Assembly (NCBI GenBank): GCA_050125095.1
Contig: JASFEA010000012.1
Location: 1 to 38,005, forward strand
Reading direction: 5' to 3'
From: a bacterium
GTDB lineage: Bacteria > Arandabacterota > Arandabacteria > Arandabacterales > JALGWA01
Length of the DNA stretch: 38,005 bases
In this document: piece by piece, positions 35,312 to 38,005 of the stretch
How positions within the stretch are numbered: position 1 is the first letter of the stretch
Layout of the letters: each line of letters begins with the position of its first letter
Notes under the pieces: generated by a model
Told to the model about the DNA's origin: nothing
The model's database searches: none
The model's input: only the letters and a program-made list of their open reading frames with translations
Translations under genes and position numbers: made by a program

Positions 35312-37981
35312 ATGTCGGGGGATTGCGAAGGACATCAGGGAAGTGAAGCAGACTACCGTCACCTGATTGAGTTCCACCAGATCGTGACGACCATAGCATC
35401 CGTATTCGTCGGCATTCCCATGGACGAGATCGACCAGGGTATAGAAGGCGCGTTGAAATCCATAGGCCAGTTCATCGGCGCGCACCGGGGACAGGTTTTC
35501 ATACTCAATGGCGAGAAATCGAGGTTCGACAGTACCCATGAGTGGCACCCGGAGGGGACGGACTCTCATAGAGACCGCATGCAAAATGTCGAAGTGGAGA
35601 GCTTCCCCTGGTATATGGACAACCTCCGCCGCTTCCAGAGTATCGTCATTCGAAAGCTCGAAGATATACCGGAGGAAGGCGGGCGGGAGCGCCGACATCT
35701 CGAGTCGATGGGAATACGCTCGAGCGTCGCGGTCCCTTTGAGCCGGCATGGTAACCTCATCGGCTTCATGGCCTTCGATTCGCCTGACGGCGAGATGTCG
35801 CTCCCGGGCGACTGCGTGGCACTTCTGGCCGTCGTCGGAGAGGTATTCGCGGGCGCGATGGACCGGAGACGCATGAACCAGGCGCTGCGCGACAACGAGG
35901 AGTCCATGACGGCGGTTGAAGACATAACCGACCGGGAGCGGGCCGAGCAGCTGCTTCGAATACAGCGGGACGTAGCCGTCAGGATCGGGTCTACCACTCG
36001 GATTGAGGAGGCCCTGGACTATCTTCTCGAAGCTGTAAGCTCTATTGATGGCATCGACTGCGGCGGATTCTACAGGGTCGATCAGCGGAGCGGCTACCTG
36101 GATCTCCTGGCGCATCGGGGGCTTTCAGACGATTTCATCCGGAATGCCTCCCACTATGCCCCGGACAGCCCGAATACGCGTATTGTGATGGGGGGCGAGC
36201 CGGTGTACGCGACTTACAGCAATCTCGAAACCAACCAGGGGGACGTCGACGCCCGGGAAGGGCTCAAAGGCATCGCGATAATTCCGGTGAAGCATGAGAG
36301 GGCCGTGATAGGGGCGCTCAATATCGCCTCGCGCACCCATGAGGAGATACCGCTCCCCGCGCGCGACATGCTGGAGGCTGTTGCAGCCCAGTTGAGCGGT
36401 CTGCTCGGGCGGTTCAAATCAGAAGAAGCGCTCAGGGAAAGCGAGGGGCTGCACCGCCTTCTGGCAGAGAACATCTCCGATGTAATCTGGACTATGGACG
36501 TCGACTTCGGGAAGATCCGCTATATGAGCCCTTCCATCCGCAATCTGACCGGTTTCACTCCCGGCGAAGCTATGCGGATGTCCCTGGAAGACATGCTGGC
36601 GCCGGAGTCACTGGAGAGAGCCAGGGTCATCATGGAGAGCATCGTCGAGGAATTGAAGGATGGAGCATTCGAAACGCTCACCGCTGAGATGGACCTGGTA
36701 TGCAGGGATGGGGTGATTGTCCCGGTGGAAACCCGGATATCGGTCGTCTACGCGGACAATGGAAACCCGCTCTATATACTGGGAGTGACCCGTGATGTCT
36801 CGGAACGAAAGAGGCTCGAGGAGCAGCTGCGCCAGAGCGTCAAGATGCAGGCCATCGGAGAGCTCGCGGGAGGCATCGCACATGAGTTCAACAACATGCT
36901 CACGGGCATCCTGGGCTACGCCAATATGCTCAGGTTGACTGCGGAGCCGGGGACCACCGTTCACGACTCTTCGAAGGCCATCGAAAGGGCCGCGGAGCGC
37001 GCGTCGGACCTCACGCGCAAGCTTCTCGGATTCGCGAGGCGGGGCAGGCAACGCCGGGAGCCTGTGGACGCCCACGCCGTTATCAGGGAAGTCATCTCGT
37101 TGCTGCAGCAGACTGTAAGCGAGAGAATACACCTGTCATGCGAGATGAACGCGGAGGATATCATAATCACCGGCGACCCGGCACAGGTTGAACAGGTGCT
37201 TCTCAACCTGGCTCTAAACGCCCGGGATGCAATGCCTTCGGGCGGCGAACTTGTCTTCAAGACCGGAATAGAGGAGTTCGCAGATTCGCGCTCGCTGCCT
37301 GAACCGGACATAAGGCCGGGGAGATTCGCCGTGCTGACCGTAGAGGACACCGGGACGGGAATAAAGCCGGAGAACATGGAGCGCATTTTCGAGCCCTTCT
37401 TTACAACCAAGGGCAAGGGGCGCGGGACGGGCATGGGGCTCGCCATGATTTACGGCACGGTCAGGAATCACGGCGGATTCATCAGGGTAGACAGCGCCCC
37501 CGGCAAGGGTGCGACATTCAGAGTGTACCTCCCGCTCGAGAGTGACGCCGTGCGTGATGAAGAGCCTCCTCCTGCGGCACCGGCCCCCGATTCGGGGACG
37601 GGGCGGATTCTGGTTGTGGACGACGAAGAAACGGTGCGTGACGTGGCGCGCAGCATGCTCGAAATCTGCGGCTATGAAGTCGTCACGGTGTCAAATGGCC
37701 TTGAGGCAGTCGACTATTACAGGGATCATGGCGGCCGAATCGATCTCGTGGTCATCGACATGGTAATGCCGGAGATGAACGGCCGGGAATGTTTTCGTGC
37801 CCTGCGCGAGATGGACCCGAATATACGCGCGGTACTCTCCACGGGTTACGGCGCAGACGGCGAAGCCAAGGAAATCGTCCAGGAGGGTATGGCCGGGCTC
37901 GTATTGAAGCCGTTCAGCAAAGGCGCACTGGCGGCAACCGTCCAGGAAGCCCTGAGCGGAGACATCGTACCGGCCGGCTGA
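35312..37981 (+). CDS. Hybrid sensor kinase GAF-GAF-PAS-HisKA-HATPase-REC
   Basis: [41 protein letters not shown]; receiver VVDD, DMVMP, KPF. Confidence 0.95.
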   Translation: MSGDCEGHQGSEADYRHLIEFHQIVTTIASVFVGIPMDEIDQGIEGALKSIGQFIGAHRGQVFILNGEKSRFDSTHEWHPEGTDSHRDRMQNVEVESFPWYMDNLRRFQSIVIRKLEDIPEEGGRERRHLESMGIRSSVAVPLSRHGNLIGFMAFDSPDGEMSLPGDCVALLAVVGEVFAGAMDRRRMNQALRDNEESMTAVEDITDRERAEQLLRIQRDVAVRIGSTTRIEEALDYLLEAVSSIDGIDCGGFYRVDQRSGYLDLLAHRGLSDDFIRNASHYAPDSPNTRIVMGGEPVYATYSNLETNQGDVDAREGLKGIAIIPVKHERAVIGALNIASRTHEEIPLPARDMLEAVAAQLSGLLGRFKSEEALRESEGLHRLLAENISDVIWTMDVDFGKIRYMSPSIRNLTGFTPGEAMRMSLEDMLAPESLERARVIMESIVEELKDGAFETLTAEMDLVCRDGVIVPVETRISVVYADNGNPLYILGVTRDVSERKRLEEQLRQSVKMQAIGELAGGIAHEFNNMLTGILGYANMLRLTAEPGTTVHDSSKAIERAAERASDLTRKLLGFARRGRQRREPVDAHAVIREVISLLQQTVSERIHLSCEMNAEDIIITGDPAQVEQVLLNLALNARDAMPSGGELVFKTGIEEFADSRSLPEPDIRPGRFAVLTVEDTGTGIKPENMERIFEPFFTTKGKGRGTGMGLAMIYGTVRNHGGFIRVDSAPGKGATFRVYLPLESDAVRDEEPPPAAPAPDSGTGRILVVDDEETVRDVARSMLEICGYEVVTVSNGLEAVDYYRDHGGRIDLVVIDMVMPEMNGRECFRALREMDPNIRAVLSTGYGADGEAKEIVQEGMAGLVLKPFSKGALAATVQEALSGDIVPAG

Positions 37982-38005
37982 ACCTCCGCCTCGAGGCGCT
38001 CCGAA

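Overview
Gene-dense, GC-rich bacterial window with 29 supported CDSs. No rRNA, tRNA, CRISPR array or mobile element was recognisable. Two proteins end in FlgD-Ig/T9SS-type C-terminal domains and two begin with PorV-like barrels, which suggests an FCB-related or candidate-phylum diderm (inference). (1) 1-12672 (+): six translationally coupled genes encoding a giant Ig-rich secreted protein (5'-truncated), a PorV-like barrel-TPR fusion, a membrane HAMP-PP2C phosphatase, a STAS-RsbW fusion, a STAS protein and a GAF/PAS histidine kinase. This is a candidate trans-envelope partner-switching system. (2) 12.7-25.6 kb, mostly (-): redox, stress and metabolic genes (YHS-MsrB, nitroreductase, GNATs, cupin, FTR plus glutaredoxin, barrel-fused SppA, rubrerythrin-like, methyltransferases). 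It includes a tight isochorismatase / CxxC-less TrxR-like / atypical RlmN-like radical SAM cluster. Two tandem pilin-like genes on (+) each carry a sigma28-like promoter. (3) 26.0-31.2 kb (+): a fibre-like secreted protein, a 4x FN3-like repeat protein with a CTD, and a TPR lipoprotein. (4) A YyaL-like protein and a divergent pair of a PAS-HisKA-only protein and a hybrid kinase, with back-to-back sigma28-like promoters. All calls come from reading motifs by eye; no database search was run.
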